A stretch of 64,000 nucleotides of DNA, taken from Diplonema japonicum. Taxonomy: Eukaryota; Protista; Euglenozoa: Diplonemea. This document shows, in pieces, positions 11,471 through 24,410 of the stretch. How positions within the stretch are numbered: position 1 is the stretch's first letter; each line of letters opens with the position of its first letter. The stretch covers positions 1 through 64,000 of the forward strand of contig OZ025699.1 of assembly GCA_964019335.1 (NCBI GenBank), read 5' to 3'. The position numbers and the translations under genes were made by a program. The notes beneath the pieces are model-generated. The model had not been told where the DNA came from, searched no databases, and was given only the letters and a program-made list of their open reading frames with translations.

Positions 11471-13667
11471 CCATTAAAGGACGAAGCGCTAGATATCTAG
11501 CGATCAAAAAATTAAAATTTTTGTATAGGCATTCTAAGTACCATAGACCCTTACACTTGCATAGAATGACCTAGTTCCGCGATTTCTTTTCCATCGAAAA
11601 TCACTTTTGGCCCCTAGATTAACCTCCAAAAACACCCTCGAAACCAGTTTCTGGTGGCACGAAAGCTCATATGAGCAGTACTGATTCAGACGAGTTCGGG
11701 AGTGCCTAAGGGGACATTCTCACTGACGATGGGACCTCACCTAGCGCCAGTAGTGACGAGAAGAGTGAAAATATGCCCTGGGAGAGCGATATTACGCAGG
11801 TTACGCGTAAGAAGTGACAGGGCACAGGGGGGGCAGAAATCACCCTTTTCCCACATGAGTGCATCAAGGATTTCCAAGCTGTTCATCTCAATGGGGTTTG
11901 TGAAATCTCTTTGCACCGTTTGCAAGTACCACAACCCCGACCTTGACTTCACTGTGGACGATATCTATCAGCTTCTGGCCTTGTGAGTGCTCATGGACAT
12001 CATCCGCAAGGCTGGCATAAAAGATTACTGGCCGACCATTTGTGCCCTCGCCACACCTCTTTTTGGCAAGTGTAATGAAACGTTACTGCTTTTTGCGCTT
12101 ACAGCGGTCGTTGCATTTTGGAGGGGTGAAGAGACAGACAGGTTGCAAAAAATAAGATTCTTGCTCCCCTACCTGTCTGCAACACTATTCCCCCGGAGAA
12201 TCGAACATTGATGAGAGTATGATCAAGTCGCACGGTAGGCATCGCTTCAGAGTACTCCAGCCTGCAAAGAGGACAGGTGAGGCTGTGCACCGGACAGGGT
12301 CTGACACAGGTCGTGTTCAACTTGTCGATCTACTGTCTGCAGTGCTAATACCATTGTAAAAGCGTGAAAAAGCAATCAAACACAGCACTGTGGACCCCGA
12401 TGTGAGGTATCTCAGCACTTGGCATATTACCTTCCCATTTGGTGAAGGATCGAGGTCATTGTAGGGGGGTGCTGGTGTTTGGGAGCCCTGACTCGCGTAC
12501 AGGATTGGTGTACCACTGATCACTGCAGAAGCACCAATGCTTATGATGCCAAAAAAGGACAACATGGCGACCAGAATGTCTCGGCGGCGGAGCTCTGCTT
12601 CGAGCTTCTTGTCCTGCAGCTCGAGCGCGACAATGAAAGCTCTTACAACGTTCTCCCGTATCTCCTGCGGTGCCTTCAATGGCGTCTTGCTTGACATGAA
12701 GTGAACGTCGTGCTCAGTCTGAAAGCGCACCCCACGTGACTTGTCGATGCCACTATTCGTGTCCACCTGGTGGATGGCTCGGCATCGGTAGTGTTCCCCT
12801 TGTACCCCGGCATCGATAACTTCTATACTGGCGTTACCCTTGTACAACAGATGTGGGAATCGGGTTTGTGGTGGAAACAATCCGAGGAAAGTCCAGTCAA
12901 TGGTGGTAACAATCCGAAGAAAACCGCCAGAATGTACTTAATCTTGCCCCAGTGAAGAAGCAAGTAGGCCTAGGCAGGCCCAAAAACGGGTTTGCGATGA
13001 GCGACAACAGCTTTTCGACTGTTATGCGCCAGTCCGGAAACAACCGCTCAGCAAGCACCCGTTCTGAAATGGGGACCGAGGGGCCCAGGGAAGATGCCAG
13101 ACGCGACTTCACCAAAGGTCACTGGTCCAAAAAACTGGATGCAGCAAGACAGTGGACACACCACATGCGTGTTTTGGGGGTCCGGGTGCAAACTATCTTT
13201 CATCTGCAAGGCTTGTACCGTGCATCTGTGCCCAGCTTGCTTTGCGGACTATCACGAACCAGTGGTTTACCCACCCCAATCTACCCCCTCTGAAGGCCCG
13301 GCCACACCGAAGGAACGCCTAAGGTACCAGCGTCTCCAAACACATACCCTTCTCCCCAGGTCGTCATCTGAGCCAAGTCCCAAAAGCAAAACCCCCCCTA
13401 GCACCCCGAGGCCCAAGCGAAAAAAGTAAGGAAGTGTCTAACCTATGGGTGGGGTTTTACAATAAATTTCACTTCAATTCCTTATTCTATTCACTTCCCA
13501 GGGCCTTTGAGGGGCGTCTGGGGGTGTTTTCTGTCCCTCCTGGGTGATGTATTTTCTTTTACACAAGCTTCGTTCTATGGTTGTATGCTCGAGGATGTTT
13601 TAATTTTAGAAAATAAAAAAGTCGATGGTGACCTTTCTTTTGCCCAAAAACCCCCGTCCTTTAATGG
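11471..13667 (+). mobile_element. Degenerate piggyBac DNA transposon
   Basis: Perfect 13-bp TIR CCATTAAAGGACG/CGTCCTTTAATGG with TTAA TSDs (11467-11470, 13668-13671). Broken transposase motifs IDESM (~12207), VFNLSIY, IDNFYT (~12812) and C-terminal CKACTVHLCPACFADYH. Empty site near 21165. Confidence 0.92.
12337..12700 (-). pseudogene. Captured host fragment resembling SK-type K+ channel S1-S2
   Basis: Antisense frame RRRDILVAMLSFFGIISI...VLRYLTSGSTVLCLIAFSRFY lies between two transposase motifs. Boundaries approximate. Confidence 0.5.
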
Positions 13668-14910
13668 TTAAACATTTTTCGCCGTTTTTTTGACCTCTAT
13701 TTCTCGCTTCCTGGGGGCAGCCGGTTGCAAAGCCTGCCACCCTCATGGCAAAACAAGCATCGCAATTGAAAGAACGGCGTCATGTACACCATATATGTCA
13801 TCTTCCTATGGTTGCATGCTGCCCTTTTTTTGCTCAAATAATCAAAACAAGAAACCTTCGAAAAAAGTGTTGATATTTTCGTCCGGACGAGCTCATATTC
13901 TTTTCGGTGCGGCAAAGAACAAAAAGCTATTTGTGGGCTCTCGTTTTTCATTCCTTTCTTCCTGCTTACTCCCCTTTTCTTTAATTTCCTCTCTTCTAAG
14001 CTTACCAAAGGTATTCAGGAAGGAGATAAGAGGGGCAAGACAGGAAAGACGAAATAATACCCAAGCCATGGAGCGTGAAAAGAGAGGGAGAAAGAAAAGA
14101 AAAGGAGGGGAACTATCGGTCATGCAATGCTGTCCCTCCATGGTGAAGCAAGAAAAAAAACAGGGAAAAAAAAAGAAGAAAGAACGGTCGGTGACGGGAA
14201 TAAGTGCAAAATAGGCCCATTCTTCTGTTCATCTACAAATCAAGAATGTTTTTGTTCGTTAGTTTCAAAAATAATATGGTAAGAATTCTCAATGCGGTTG
14301 TTCTCGCCCGAGTAAAGGGAGAAAAAAGCAAGTGCTTATGGAATCGAATCCTTTACTCGGCACAAAGAACACAAGTTTGTAATAATGCTTGAACCATATT
14401 AAATTTGATTTAAAAAACAAAAAATATTGCAAAGGAAGAATTACCGGAAGGAAAATCAACCGGTAAGCCAGGTTTCCGGACATTTTCCCTTTCGGTGATT
14501 TTCCTCCTCGATTTTCGTTTTATGTTTTACAGCATGTATTAGTTAAAGGAAGTCTTTGTGAGACGCCCTCTTGTTCTCAACTACTTTCTGAACCTATCTC
14601 AGTAGCTCTAGTAAAAAATAGAAGAAGGCAATAAAGAGATGAGAAAAAGGAGGTTCCTGTTTTGGAACGTCCCCCTTGTCTCTACTTATCTACCCCTTTC
14701 CCCCTTCTGGGGCCTTGGCCTTTCTTTCTTTCAATAAAACATGAATAGGGTAGCATCGTTTTAAAAAATATTTAAACCCCGAAAGTTTCTTTGAAATAGC
14801 GTACAAAGCCCCCACAACCCGCCCTCGAGAAAGGGGGGATGGGTGACCTGTACCTGTGTCAAAAGGGAAACACAAATAAGAAGCACAAGCCTATAGATCT
14901 AGAGGAGGAA

Positions 14911-17157
14911 TCAGCGCCTACTGTTGCTGTCGCTCCCGTAATCACAGTCCACCACCTTAATGTTGGCATAAGCTGTAATACGACTCCTCACATGGTGCAT
15001 GCGGACCTGGTAGTCCCCGACAGGGAACTTCGCTGGGTCGATGTAGAACAACACCCTCTTGGCGTACCTGTGCGAAACATCAGCGCAGTTGACAGCACTC
15101 CCATGGCAGTACGGGGACCCCGAGCACCACTTCGGTTGCCCCACACGAAGGTAGTACCTTGTAGACGACAAGTACCTGGGTGCCGTCTTCTCCACGAAGG
15201 CAAGTACAGTGCACACGTGCCTCGCGCCACTGTACCTTGCGAACAGGTAGTCCCCACGACACACCTTGTAGGGTACGTATACCTTCGCTCTTGTGTAGCC
15301 GCTGCTGCCGTCATCACTTCCGTAGCTGTGGTCGTGGCTTCCGCTGTGGCTGTCACTTGCACTGAGGCTGTCACTCCCACTGCGACTGTCGCTCCCACTG
15401 CGGCTGTCACTACCACTGCGACTGTCGCTCCCACTGAGGCTGTCGCTACCACTACGGCTGTCACTATCACTACGGCTGTCGCTCCCACTGAGACCACTGC
15501 GGCTGTCGCTCCCACTGCGGCTGTCGCTTCCACTGCGACTGTCACTACCACTGCGGCTGTCGCTACCACTGAGACTGTCGCTCTCACTGCGGCTGTCACT
15601 ACCACTACGGCTGTCACTACCACTGAGGCTGTCGCTACCACTACGGCTGTCACTACCACTGCCACTGTCGCTCTCACTGCGGCTGTCACTACCACTGAGG
15701 CTGTCACTCCCACTGCGGCTGTCGCTACCACTGTGACTGTCACTACCACTGAGGCTGTCGCTACCACTACCACTGAGGCTGTCACTGCCACTGCGGCTGT
15801 CGCTACCACTGCGACTGTCACTACCACTGCGGCTGTCGCTACCACTACCACTGAGGCTGTCACTACCACTACGGCTGTCACTCCCACTGAGGCTGTCGCT
15901 ACCACTGCGACTGTCGCTCTCACTGCGGCTGTCACTACCACTGAGGCTGTCGCTTCCACTGCGGCTGTCACTCCCACTGCGACTGTCGCTCTCACTGCGG
16001 CTGTCACTACCACTGCGGCTGTCACTCCCACTGCGGCTGTCGCTACCACTGCGACTGTCACTACCACTGCGGCTGTCGCTACCACTGCGGCTGTCGCTAC
16101 CACTACCACTGAGGCTGTCACTACCACTACGGCTGTCACTCCCACTGAGGCTGTCGCTACCACTGCGACTGTCACTACCACTGCGGCTGTCACTACCACT
16201 GCGGCTGTCACTACCACTGAGGCTGTCACTCCCACTGCGGCTGTCGCTACCACTGCGACTGTCACTACCACTGAGGCTGTCGCTACCACTGCGACTGTCG
16301 CTCTCACTGCGGCTGTCACTACCACTGCGGCTGTCACTACCACTGCGGCTGTCACTACCACTGCGGCTGTCGCTACCACTGCGACTGTCGCTCTCACTGC
16401 GGCTGTCGCTACCACTGCGACTGTCACTACCACTGCGACTGTCACTCCCACTGCGGCTGTCACTATCACTGCGGCTGTCGCTACCACTGCGACTATCACT
16501 CCCACTGCGGCTGTCGCTCCCACTGAGGCTGTCACTACCACTGCGGCTGTCACTACCACTGAGGCTGTCGCTCCCACTGAGGCTGTCACTCCCACTGCGG
16601 CTGTCGCTTCCACTGCGGCTGTCACTACCACTGCGGCTGTCGCTCCCACTGCGGCTGTCGCTCCCACTGAGGCTGTCACTACCACTGCGACTGTCGCTCC
16701 CACTGCGGCTGTCGCTCCCACTGCGGCTGTCGCTCCCACTGCGGCTGTCCCTCCCACTGCGGCTGTCGCTCCCACTGCGGCTGTCGCTCCCACTGCGACT
16801 GTCACTCCCACTGCGGCTGTCCCTCCCACTGAGGCTGTCACTACCGCTGCGACTGTCGCTCCCACTGCGGCTGTCACTACCACTGAGGCTGTCACTACCA
16901 CTGCGGCTGTCGCTACCACTGCGGCTGTCACTACCACTGCGACTGTCGCTTCCACGGCTGTCACTACCACTGCGGCTGTCGCTCTCACTTAGGCTGGCAC
17001 TGCCACTACGGCTATCACTCCCACTGTCACTGTAACCGTAACTCGCGTCACCATCATGGCCATTGCCACTGTGGTCATGGCCTCGAAGTGCCACTTGGCC
17101 AGCCGACTCGCTCAGGTCAGCCATCCAAAGCAACCCAGCTAACAGCAGGATCTTCAT
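14911..17157 (-). CDS. Secreted SGSDSR-repeat protein, copy 2 (748 aa)
   Basis: Same architecture as copy 1; longest repeat tract. Confidence 0.85.
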   Translation of the reverse strand: MKILLLAGLLWMADLSESAGQVALRGHDHSGNGHDGDASYGYSDSGSDSRSGSASLSESDSRSGSDSRGSDSRSGSDSRSGSDSRSGSDSLSGSDSRSGSDSRSGSDSLSGRDSRSGSDSRSGSDSRSGSDSRSGRDSRSGSDSRSGSDSRSGSDSRSGSDSLSGSDSRSGSDSRSGSDSRSGSDSRSGSDSLSGSDSLSGSDSRSGSDSLSGSDSRSGSDSRSGSDSRSDSDSRSGSDSRSGSDSRSGSDSRSESDSRSGSDSRSGSDSRSGSDSRSGSDSRSESDSRSGSDSLSGSDSRSGSDSRSGSDSLSGSDSRSGSDSRSGSDSRSGSDSLSGSDSRSGSDSLSGSGSDSRSGSDSRSGSDSRSGSDSRSGSDSRSGSDSRSESDSRSGSDSRSGSDSLSGSDSRSESDSRSGSDSLSGSDSRSGSDSLSGSGSDSRSGSDSRSGSDSRSGSDSLSGSGSDSLSGSDSHSGSDSRSGSDSLSGSDSRSESDSGSGSDSRSGSDSLSGSDSRSGSDSRSESDSLSGSDSRSGSDSRSGSDSRSGSDSRSGLSGSDSRSDSDSRSGSDSLSGSDSRSGSDSRSGSDSRSGSDSLSASDSHSGSHDHSYGSDDGSSGYTRAKVYVPYKVCRGDYLFARYSGARHVCTVLAFVEKTAPRYLSSTRYYLRVGQPKWCSGSPYCHGSAVNCADVSHRYAKRVLFYIDPAKFPVGDYQVRMHHVRSRITAYANIKVVDCDYGSDSNSRR

Positions 17158-17470
17158 TTGTGTTTAGAGAAAGCTGTGGTGAGACTTTTTCTATATTCTT
17201 CTCGGTGCGGCAAAGAACAAAAAGCTATATGTGGGCTATCGTGTTTTCATTCCTTTCTTCCTGCTTACTCCCCTTTTCTTTAATTTCCTCTCTTCTAACC
17301 AAAGGTATTCAGGAAGGAGATAAGAGGGGCAGACAGGAAAAACGAAATAATACTCAAGCCATGGAGCGTGAAAAGAGAGGGAGAAAGAAAAGAAAAGGAG
17401 GGGAACTATCGGTCATGCAATGCTGCCCCTCCATGGTGAAGCAAGAAAAAAAATAGGGGAAAAAAAAAAG

Positions 17471-17906
17471 GTGTCATTGAAGGGAACCTGCAGTATGTGA
17501 CAGGATCGCCTAACGACAATCAACCAGTGGAGTAACTAGTGACGGCATGGCTGTGGAGCCCTAGGGTGCGTAGTGAGTGTACTGACTTCTTAATTTCTGC
17601 CGGAATCAGTGATTCCCCGTACCTTAGATGGATCCTGTCTAAGACGCTGACAATCCTTCTGAGTTTTCTTGTCACCACCCATGTGGAGCCTTTCCGTTAC
17701 AATGAGGTCGACTACTAGTTCCGCCTTGGAAACCTGCCCGCCGTTCTCGCAGGGCTTTCAGCCAGTTGAGGACAAATGGGAAGTACTTCTTCCACAGCCC
17801 ATGCTCGTGGTACCAAGGGAGAGGTTTCGGGGTTCAGAGGTTCCCCGGTCAAAATGGTCTATTTCAGAAATGCTGTTTCGTGTACCTGACCTGCTTGTCG
17901 GCGTGT
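17471..17906 (-). mobile_element. Short retroposon-like insertion with ~25-bp TSD
   Basis: Flanked by AAAAAAAATAGGGGAAAAAAAAAAG-like direct repeats (17446-17470, 17907-17933). Absent from paralogous spacers (e.g. ~7970). Homologous to 53967-54270. Strand inferred. Confidence 0.7.
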
Positions 17907-18567
17907 AAAAAAAAATAGGGGAAAAAAAAAAAGAAAGAACGGTCGGTGACGGGAATAAGTGCAAAATAGGCCCATTCTTTTGTTCATCTACAAAATCAAG
18001 AAGCCTTTTGTTCGTCAATTTCAAAAATAATATGGTAAGAATTCTCAGTGCGGTTCCTCTAGCCCGAGTAAAGGGAGAAAAAAGCAAGTTCTTATGGAAG
18101 CGAATCCTTTACTCGGCACATAGAAAACAAGTTTGTAATAATGCTTGAACCATATTAAATTTGATTTAAAAAAAACAAAAAATATTGTAAAGGAAGAACT
18201 ACCGGAAAGAAAATCAACCGGTCAGCCAGGCTTCCGGACATTTTCCCTTTCGGTGATTCTTCTCCTCGATTTTCGTTTTACAGCATGTATTAGTTAAAGG
18301 AAGTCTTTGTGAGACGCCCTCTTGTTCTCAACTACCTCCCCTAGCTCTAGTAAAAAATAGAAGAAGACAATAAAACATGAATAGGGTAGCATCGTTTTAA
18401 AACATGGTTAAACCCCCGGTGCCAATAGGCAGAGGGCTTAATCTTTTTGGAAATAGCGTACCAAGCCCCCACAACCCGCCCTCGAGAAAGGGGGGATGGG
18501 TGACCTGTACCTGTGCCAAAAGGGAAACACAAATAAGAAGCACAAGCCTATAGATCTAGAGGAGGAA

Positions 18568-20034
18568 TCAGCGCCTACTGTTGCTGTCGCTCCCGTAATC
18601 ACAGTCCACCACCTTAATGTTGGCATAAGCTGTAATACGATTCCTCACATGGTGCATGCGGACCTGGTAGTCCCCGACAGGGAACTTCGCTGGGTCGATG
18701 TAGAACAACACCCTCTTGGCGTACCTGTGCGAAACATCAGCGCAGTTGACAGCACTCCCATGGCAGTACGGGGACCCCGAGCACCACTTCGGCTGCCCCA
18801 CACGAAGGTAGTACCTTGTAGACGACAAGTACCTGGGTGCCGTCTTCTCCACGAAGGCAAGTACAGTGCACACGTGCCTCGCACCACTGTACCTTGCGAA
18901 CAGGTAGTCCCCACGACACACCTTGTAGGGTACGTATACCTTCGCTCTTGTGTAGCCGCTGCTGCCGTCATCACTTCCGTAGCTGTGGTCGTGGCTTCCG
19001 CTGTGGCTGTCACTTGCACTGAGGCTGTCACTCCCACTGCGACTGTCGCTCTCACTGCGGCTGTCACTACCACTACGGCTGTCGCTCCCACTGAGGCTGT
19101 CACTCCCACTGCGGCTGTCGCTCCCACTGAGGCTGTCACTACCACTACGGCTGTCACTCCCACTGCGGCTGTCACTACCACTGCGGCTGTCGCTCCCACT
19201 GAGGCTGTCACTACCACTGCGACTGTCGCTCTCACTGCGGCTGTCACTACCACTGAGGCTGTCGCTCCCACTGCGGCTGTCACTCCCACTGCGGCTGTCA
19301 CTCCCACTGCGGCTGTCACTCCCACTGCGGCTGTCGCTCCCACTGAGGCTGTCACTACCACTACGGCTGTCACTCCCACTGACGCTGTCACTACCACTAC
19401 GGCTGTCGCTCCCACTGACGCTCCCACTGCGGCTGTCACTACCACTACGGCTGTCACTACCACTACGGCTGTCACTCCCACTGCGGCTGTCGCTCCCACT
19501 GCGGCTGTCACTACCACTGCGACTGTCGCTCTCACTGCGGCTGTCACTACCACTACGGCTGTCGCTCCCACTGCGGCTGTCACTCTCACTGCGGCTGTCG
19601 CTCCCACTGAGGCTGTCACTCCCACTGCGGCTGTCACTACCACTGCGGCTGTCACTCCCACTGCGGCTGTCACTACCACTGCGGCTGTCACTACCACTGA
19701 GGCTGTCACTCCCACTGCGGCTGTCACTACCACTGCGGCTGTCACTCCCACTGCCACTGTCACTACCACTACGACTGTCGCTTCTACTGAGGCTACTACC
19801 ACTGAGGCTGTCACTACCACTGTGACTGTAGCTTCGGCTGTCGCTTCCACGGCTGTCACTACCACTGCGACTGTCGCTTCCACTGAGGCTGTCACTACCA
19901 CTGTCACTGTAACCGTAACTCGCGTCACCATCATGGCCATTGCCACTGTGATCATGGCCTCGAAGTGCCACTTGGCCAGCCGACTCGCTCAGGTCAGCCA
20001 TACAAAGCAACCCAGCTAACAGCAGGACCTTCAT
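18568..20034 (-). CDS. Secreted SGSDSR-repeat protein, copy 3 (488 aa)
   Basis: Same architecture as copy 1. Confidence 0.85.
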   Translation of the reverse strand: MKVLLLAGLLCMADLSESAGQVALRGHDHSGNGHDGDASYGYSDSGSDSLSGSDSRSGSDSRGSDSRSYSHSGSDSLSGSSLSRSDSRSGSDSGSGSDSRSGSDSRSGSDSLSGSDSRSGSDSRSGSDSRSGSDSRSGSDSLSGSDSRSESDSRSGSDSRSGSDSRSESDSRSGSDSRSGSDSRSGSDSRSGSDSRSGSDSRSGSVSGSDSRSGSDSVSGSDSRSGSDSLSGSDSRSGSDSRSGSDSRSGSDSRSGSDSLSGSDSRSESDSRSGSDSLSGSDSRSGSDSRSGSDSRSGSDSLSGSDSRSGSDSLSGSDSRSGSDSRSESDSRSGSDSLSASDSHSGSHDHSYGSDDGSSGYTRAKVYVPYKVCRGDYLFARYSGARHVCTVLAFVEKTAPRYLSSTRYYLRVGQPKWCSGSPYCHGSAVNCADVSHRYAKRVLFYIDPAKFPVGDYQVRMHHVRNRITAYANIKVVDCDYGSDSNSRR

Positions 20035-20181
20035 ATTTTGTGTTTAGAGAAAGCTGTGGTGAGACTTTTTCTTTAGGGACGACAAGAAAAACAAAAAACA
20101 TTCAAAAGCAAAAAGAGAGGGAGTAGAAGAAAAGAAGAAGAAAAAGAAGAAAGTGACGCCTAATCAGTAAACATAGAATAT

Positions 20182-21358
20182 GAGCTCGTCCGGAAGAAAA
20201 TGTCAAGAAGTGACCCTCCTATGCGACAAAAATCAGATCGTTAACCGTTTGGTACTACACAATTAAAGGCCGCTTTTACAAAGACCAGCCAAGAGTCAAC
20301 GCCACGTGGGTGTAAGCTTTATAATTATGATCATCATATCGTTCGGGCGGTTGGTATCTTATCCAGGAGGGGAGGGGGCACTTTTCCTGGTTTTAAACAG
20401 CCTACACGCTACCCAGCATCACAAGCGGGGGGTGTCGCCACGCACCCTAGCTGCTAACAATCACCAACGGACCTACCCGGTCCGGTGCTATCTTTCGATA
20501 CAAGTGGGGGGTTACCCGTTGGGCCAACGTGCTGCCCGCCTTTGGCACCTGGGTCTTCATTCAACCCTGCTGCCCGGTAAAATCCCAGCCGAAATGCAAT
20601 GGAAGGTCTCTTACCATCGGATGCAGTTTAGAGTCTTACCCAGGAATGAAAATGACCCTCCGCGACAAAAAAACCCCCGTTAAAATTCTAGGTAAAAGTA
20701 GCCCGATATTTGTTTTATTTTTACAACGCACGTGCAAAAACATATATATATATATATATATGACTTTTAGAATGGCTTCTTCTGGTTGGCAAATGATTCA
20801 ATTTGGAAGTTACAAATAACCCAAACTCCATTTCTCATTTTCGTTTTCCCGTGAAAAGCGACAGGAGGAATGGACGCAGACTGAAAATCTGTGAAACCTT
20901 TGGGGTCACTTTGGGTGGTCTGGACTCTAAATCACTATTAAAGTGGGGTGGGGAGAACTTACCCTTGTAGTGCCACCTTGGCCTATTTAAAGCTAAAGTC
21001 CCTTAAAAACCCCTTAAAAAAGCAAAATCTTCACTTTTTAAGTTTTGTGAATGCAAAAAAAAAAAGGGGGAAACCTCAGCAGATGGGTAGAAGTCTGACT
21101 CCAAAGATACCAATGTCGTCAAGCTCTGCATGAGATGCTGCATTTTAAGCAATAAAATTGCATTTTAAAACATTTTCCGCCGTTTTTCTACCTTTGTTTT
21201 CTCGCTTCCCGGGGGCAGCCAGTTGCAAAGCCTGCCACCCTCATGGCAAAACAAGCATCGCAATTGAAAGAACGGCAACACGTACCTTGTATGTACCAAA
21301 AACAAGAAATTCTCGTAAGTGCCAAAAAAAGTGTTGTCATTTTAGTCCGGGTGAACTC
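20182..21358. mobile_element. Sola-like MITE, copy 2 (no piggyBac)
   Basis: ATAT|GAGCTCGTCCGG ... CCGGGTGAACTC|ATAT. Internal sequence is homologous to 10676-11470 and 13672-13894. Confidence 0.8.
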
Positions 21359-22188
21359 ATATCATACCTTTTTTCATTTTCCTTTCTTTTATACTTTATG
21401 TATCTTTCGCGGTGCGGCAAAGAACAAAAAGCTATTTATGCCCAAGTGTGTTCATTCTTTAATCTTCTTACTCCCCTTTTTTCATTTTCGTCTCTCCTTT
21501 TCAGCTTACCCCAAAGGAATTCTGGAGGAGATAAGAGGGGCAGACAGGAAAGACGAAATAATACTCAAGCCATGGAGCGTGAAAAGAGAGGGAGAAAGAA
21601 AAAATAAATAGGAGGGGAACTATCGGGCATGCAATGCTGCCCCTCCATGGTGAAGCAAGAAAAAAAATAGGGAAAAAAAGAAAAAAGAAAGAACGGTCGG
21701 TGACGTGGATAAGCGGGCCGTAAAATGGGCCTTTTGGCACCCATTTCTTGTTCATCTACAAATCAAGAATTGTTGGTTTGTTCGTCAGTTTCAAAAATAA
21801 ATATGGTAAGTGTTGTCAGTTCGCTTCCCTTCGCAAGTAAAAGGATAAATACTCTGAACCATATTGAATTTGAATTAAAAAAAAAGAAAAAACACATATG
21901 AGTTCAAGGGAGTCGTTGTGAGACGCCCCCTTGTTCTCAACTACTACCTGCATCTATCCCCTAAGCTCTAGTAAAAAATAGAAGAAGACAATAAAACATG
22001 AATAGGGTAGCATCGTTTTAAAACATGGTTAAACCCCCGGTGCCAATAGGCAGGAAGCTTAATCTTTTTGGAAATAGCGTACAAAGCCCCCACAACCCGC
22101 CCTCGAGAAAGGGGGGATGGGTGACCTGTACCTGTGTCAAAAGGGAAACACAAATAAGAAGCACAAGCCTATAGATCTAGAGGAGGAA

Positions 22189-23289
22189 TCAGCGCCTACT
22201 GTTGCTGTCGCTCCCGTAATCACAGTCCACCACCTTAATGTTGGCATAAGCTGTAATACGATTCCTCACATGGTGCATGCGGACCTGGTAGTCCCCGACA
22301 GGGAACTTCGCTGGGTCGATGTAGAACAACACCCTCTTGGCGTACCTGTGCGAAACATCAGCGCAGTTGACAGCACTCCCATGGCAGTACGGGGACCCCG
22401 AGCACCACTTCGGCTGCCCCACACGAAGGTAGTACCTTGTAGACGACAAGTACCTGGGTGCCGTCTTCTCCACGAAGGCAAGTACAGTGCACACGTGCCT
22501 CGCACCACTGTACCTTGCGAACAGGTAGTCCCCACGACACACCTTGTAGGGTACGTATACCTTCGCTCTTGTGTAGCCGCTGCTGCCGTCATCACTTCCG
22601 TAGCTGTGGTCGTGGCTTCCGCTGTGGCTATCACTTGCACTGAGGCTGTCACTCCCACTGAGGCTGTCACTACCACTGCGACTGTCGCTCCCACTGCGGC
22701 TGTCACTACCACTGCGGCTGTCACTTGCACTGAGGCTGTCACTGCCACTGTCACTACCACTGCGGCTGTCGCTCTCACTGAGGCTGTCACTCCCACTGCG
22801 ACTGTCACTACCACTGCGACTGTCACTACCACTGCGGCTGTCACTGCCACTGAGGCTGTCACTACCACTGCGGCTGTCGCTCTCACTGAGGCTGTCACTA
22901 CCACTGCGACTGTCACTACCACTGCGGCTGTCGCTCCCACTGCGACTGTCACTCCCACTGAGGCTGTCACTCCCACTGCGACTGTCACTACCACTGCGAC
23001 TGTCACTACCACTGCGGCTGTCACTGCCACTGAGGCTGTCACTACCACTGCGGCTGTCGCTCCCACTGCGACTGTCGCTTTCACTGCGGCTGTCACTACC
23101 ACTGAGGCTGTCACTGCCACTGCGGCTGTCACTCCCACTACGGCTGTCACTCCCACTGTCACTGTAACCGTAACTCGCGTCACCATCATGGCCATTGCCA
23201 CTGTGATCATGGCCTCGAAGTGCCACTTGGCCAGCCGACTCGCTCAGGTCGGCCATACAAAGCAACCCAGCTAACAGCAGGACCTTCAT
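22189..23289 (-). CDS. Secreted SGSDSR-repeat protein, copy 4 (366 aa)
   Basis: Same architecture; shortest repeat tract. Confidence 0.85.
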   Translation of the reverse strand: MKVLLLAGLLCMADLSESAGQVALRGHDHSGNGHDGDASYGYSDSGSDSRSGSDSRSGSDSLSGSDSRSESDSRSGSDSRSGSDSLSGSDSRSGSDSRSGSDSRSGSDSLSGSDSRSGSDSRSGSDSRSGSDSLSESDSRSGSDSLSGSDSRSGSDSRSGSDSRSGSDSLSESDSRSGSDSGSDSLSASDSRSGSDSRSGSDSRSGSDSLSGSDSLSASDSHSGSHDHSYGSDDGSSGYTRAKVYVPYKVCRGDYLFARYSGARHVCTVLAFVEKTAPRYLSSTRYYLRVGQPKWCSGSPYCHGSAVNCADVSHRYAKRVLFYIDPAKFPVGDYQVRMHHVRNRITAYANIKVVDCDYGSDSNSRR

Positions 23290-24410
23290 GTTTTGTGTTT
23301 TGAGGAAGCTGTGGTGAATTTAGACCTTTTCGTTAGGGACGACGGGAAAAATGTTCAAAAAGCAAAAAGTGAAGTAGAAGAAAAGAAGAAAGTGGCACCT
23401 TATCAGAAAACAAAGAAATATTATAATTTCTTTCATGTTATTTTCTTTTATATTCTTCTCGGTGCGGCAAAGAACAAAAAGCTATATGTGGGCTCTCGTG
23501 TTTTCATTCCTTTCTTCCTGCTTACTCCCCTTTTCTTTAATTTCCTCTCTTCTAAGCTTACCAAAGGTATTCAGGAAGGAGATAAGAGGGGTAGACAGGA
23601 AAGACGAAATAATACTCAAGCCATGGAGCGTGAAAAGAGAGGGAGAAAGAAAAGAAAAAGAGGGGAACTATCGGTCATGCAATGCTGCCCCTCCATGGTG
23701 AAGCAAGAAAAGAAATAGGGGGAAAAAAAAAAAGAGATGAGATAAAGGAGGTTCCTGTTTTGGAAAAAAAAAAAGAAAGAACGGTCGGTGACGGGAATAA
23801 GTGGGCCGCAAAATAGGCCCTTTTTTTTGTTCATCTACAAAATCAAGAATCTTTTTATTCGTCAGTTTCAAAAAATAATATGGTAAGAATTCTCAGTGCG
23901 GTTCCTCTAGCCCGAGTAAAGGGAGAAAAAAGCAAGTTCTTATGGAAGCGAATCCTTTACTCGGCACAAAGGAAACAAGTTTGTAATAATGCTTGAACCA
24001 TATTAAATCTGATTTAAAAAACAAAAAACCTTGCAAAGGAAAAATTACCAGAAAGAAAATCAACCGGTCAGCCAGGTTTCCGGACATTTTTCCATTTGGT
24101 GATCTTCCTTGGTGATTCTTCTCCTCGATTTTCGTTTTACAGCATGTATTAGTTAAAGGAAGTCTTTGTGAGAAGCCCCCTTGTTCTCAACTACCTCAGC
24201 TACTACCTGCACCTATCCCAGCAGCTCTAGTAAAAAATAGAAGAAGACAACAAAACATGAATAGGGTGGCATCGTTTTAAAAAATAGGGTTTCATTGAAA
24301 TAGCGTACTAGCCCCACAACCCGCCCTCGAGAAAGGGGGGATGTTTATATTACCTGTGTCAAAAGGGAAACACAAATAAGAAGCAAAAGCCTATAGATCT
24401 AGAGGAGGAA

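Larger units (their letters stand above)
10676..13894. mobile_element. Non-autonomous TIR element (Sola-like MITE), copy 1, containing a nested piggyBac
   Basis: TIR GAGCTCGTCCGGA...TCCGGACGAGCTC flanked by ATAT at 10672-10675 and 13895-13898. The paralogous spacer near 23441-23470 has a single ATAT (empty site). Confidence 0.85.

Noticed and set aside
17471-17525. Plus-strand HDV-like ribozyme (ingi/L1Tc-type 5' signature)
   Set aside because: Some pseudoknot-like pairings exist (TGTCA/TGACA, TTGA/TCAA), but P3/L3 does not fit and the pairings are not kept in the 26.7 and 61.3 kb relatives. Wobble polarity favours a minus-strand hairpin.
8427-23274. Long plus-strand Thr/Ala/Val-rich mucin-like ORFs antisense to the SGSDSR genes, several starting at ATG (MGDLYLCQKG)
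   Set aside because: The repeat unit is stop-poor in most frames. In copies 5 and 6 a change silent in the sense frame (CTG to CTA) creates TAG in the antisense frame, and CTA AGT codons add more stops. There is no signal peptide, and the strand opposes all other genes.
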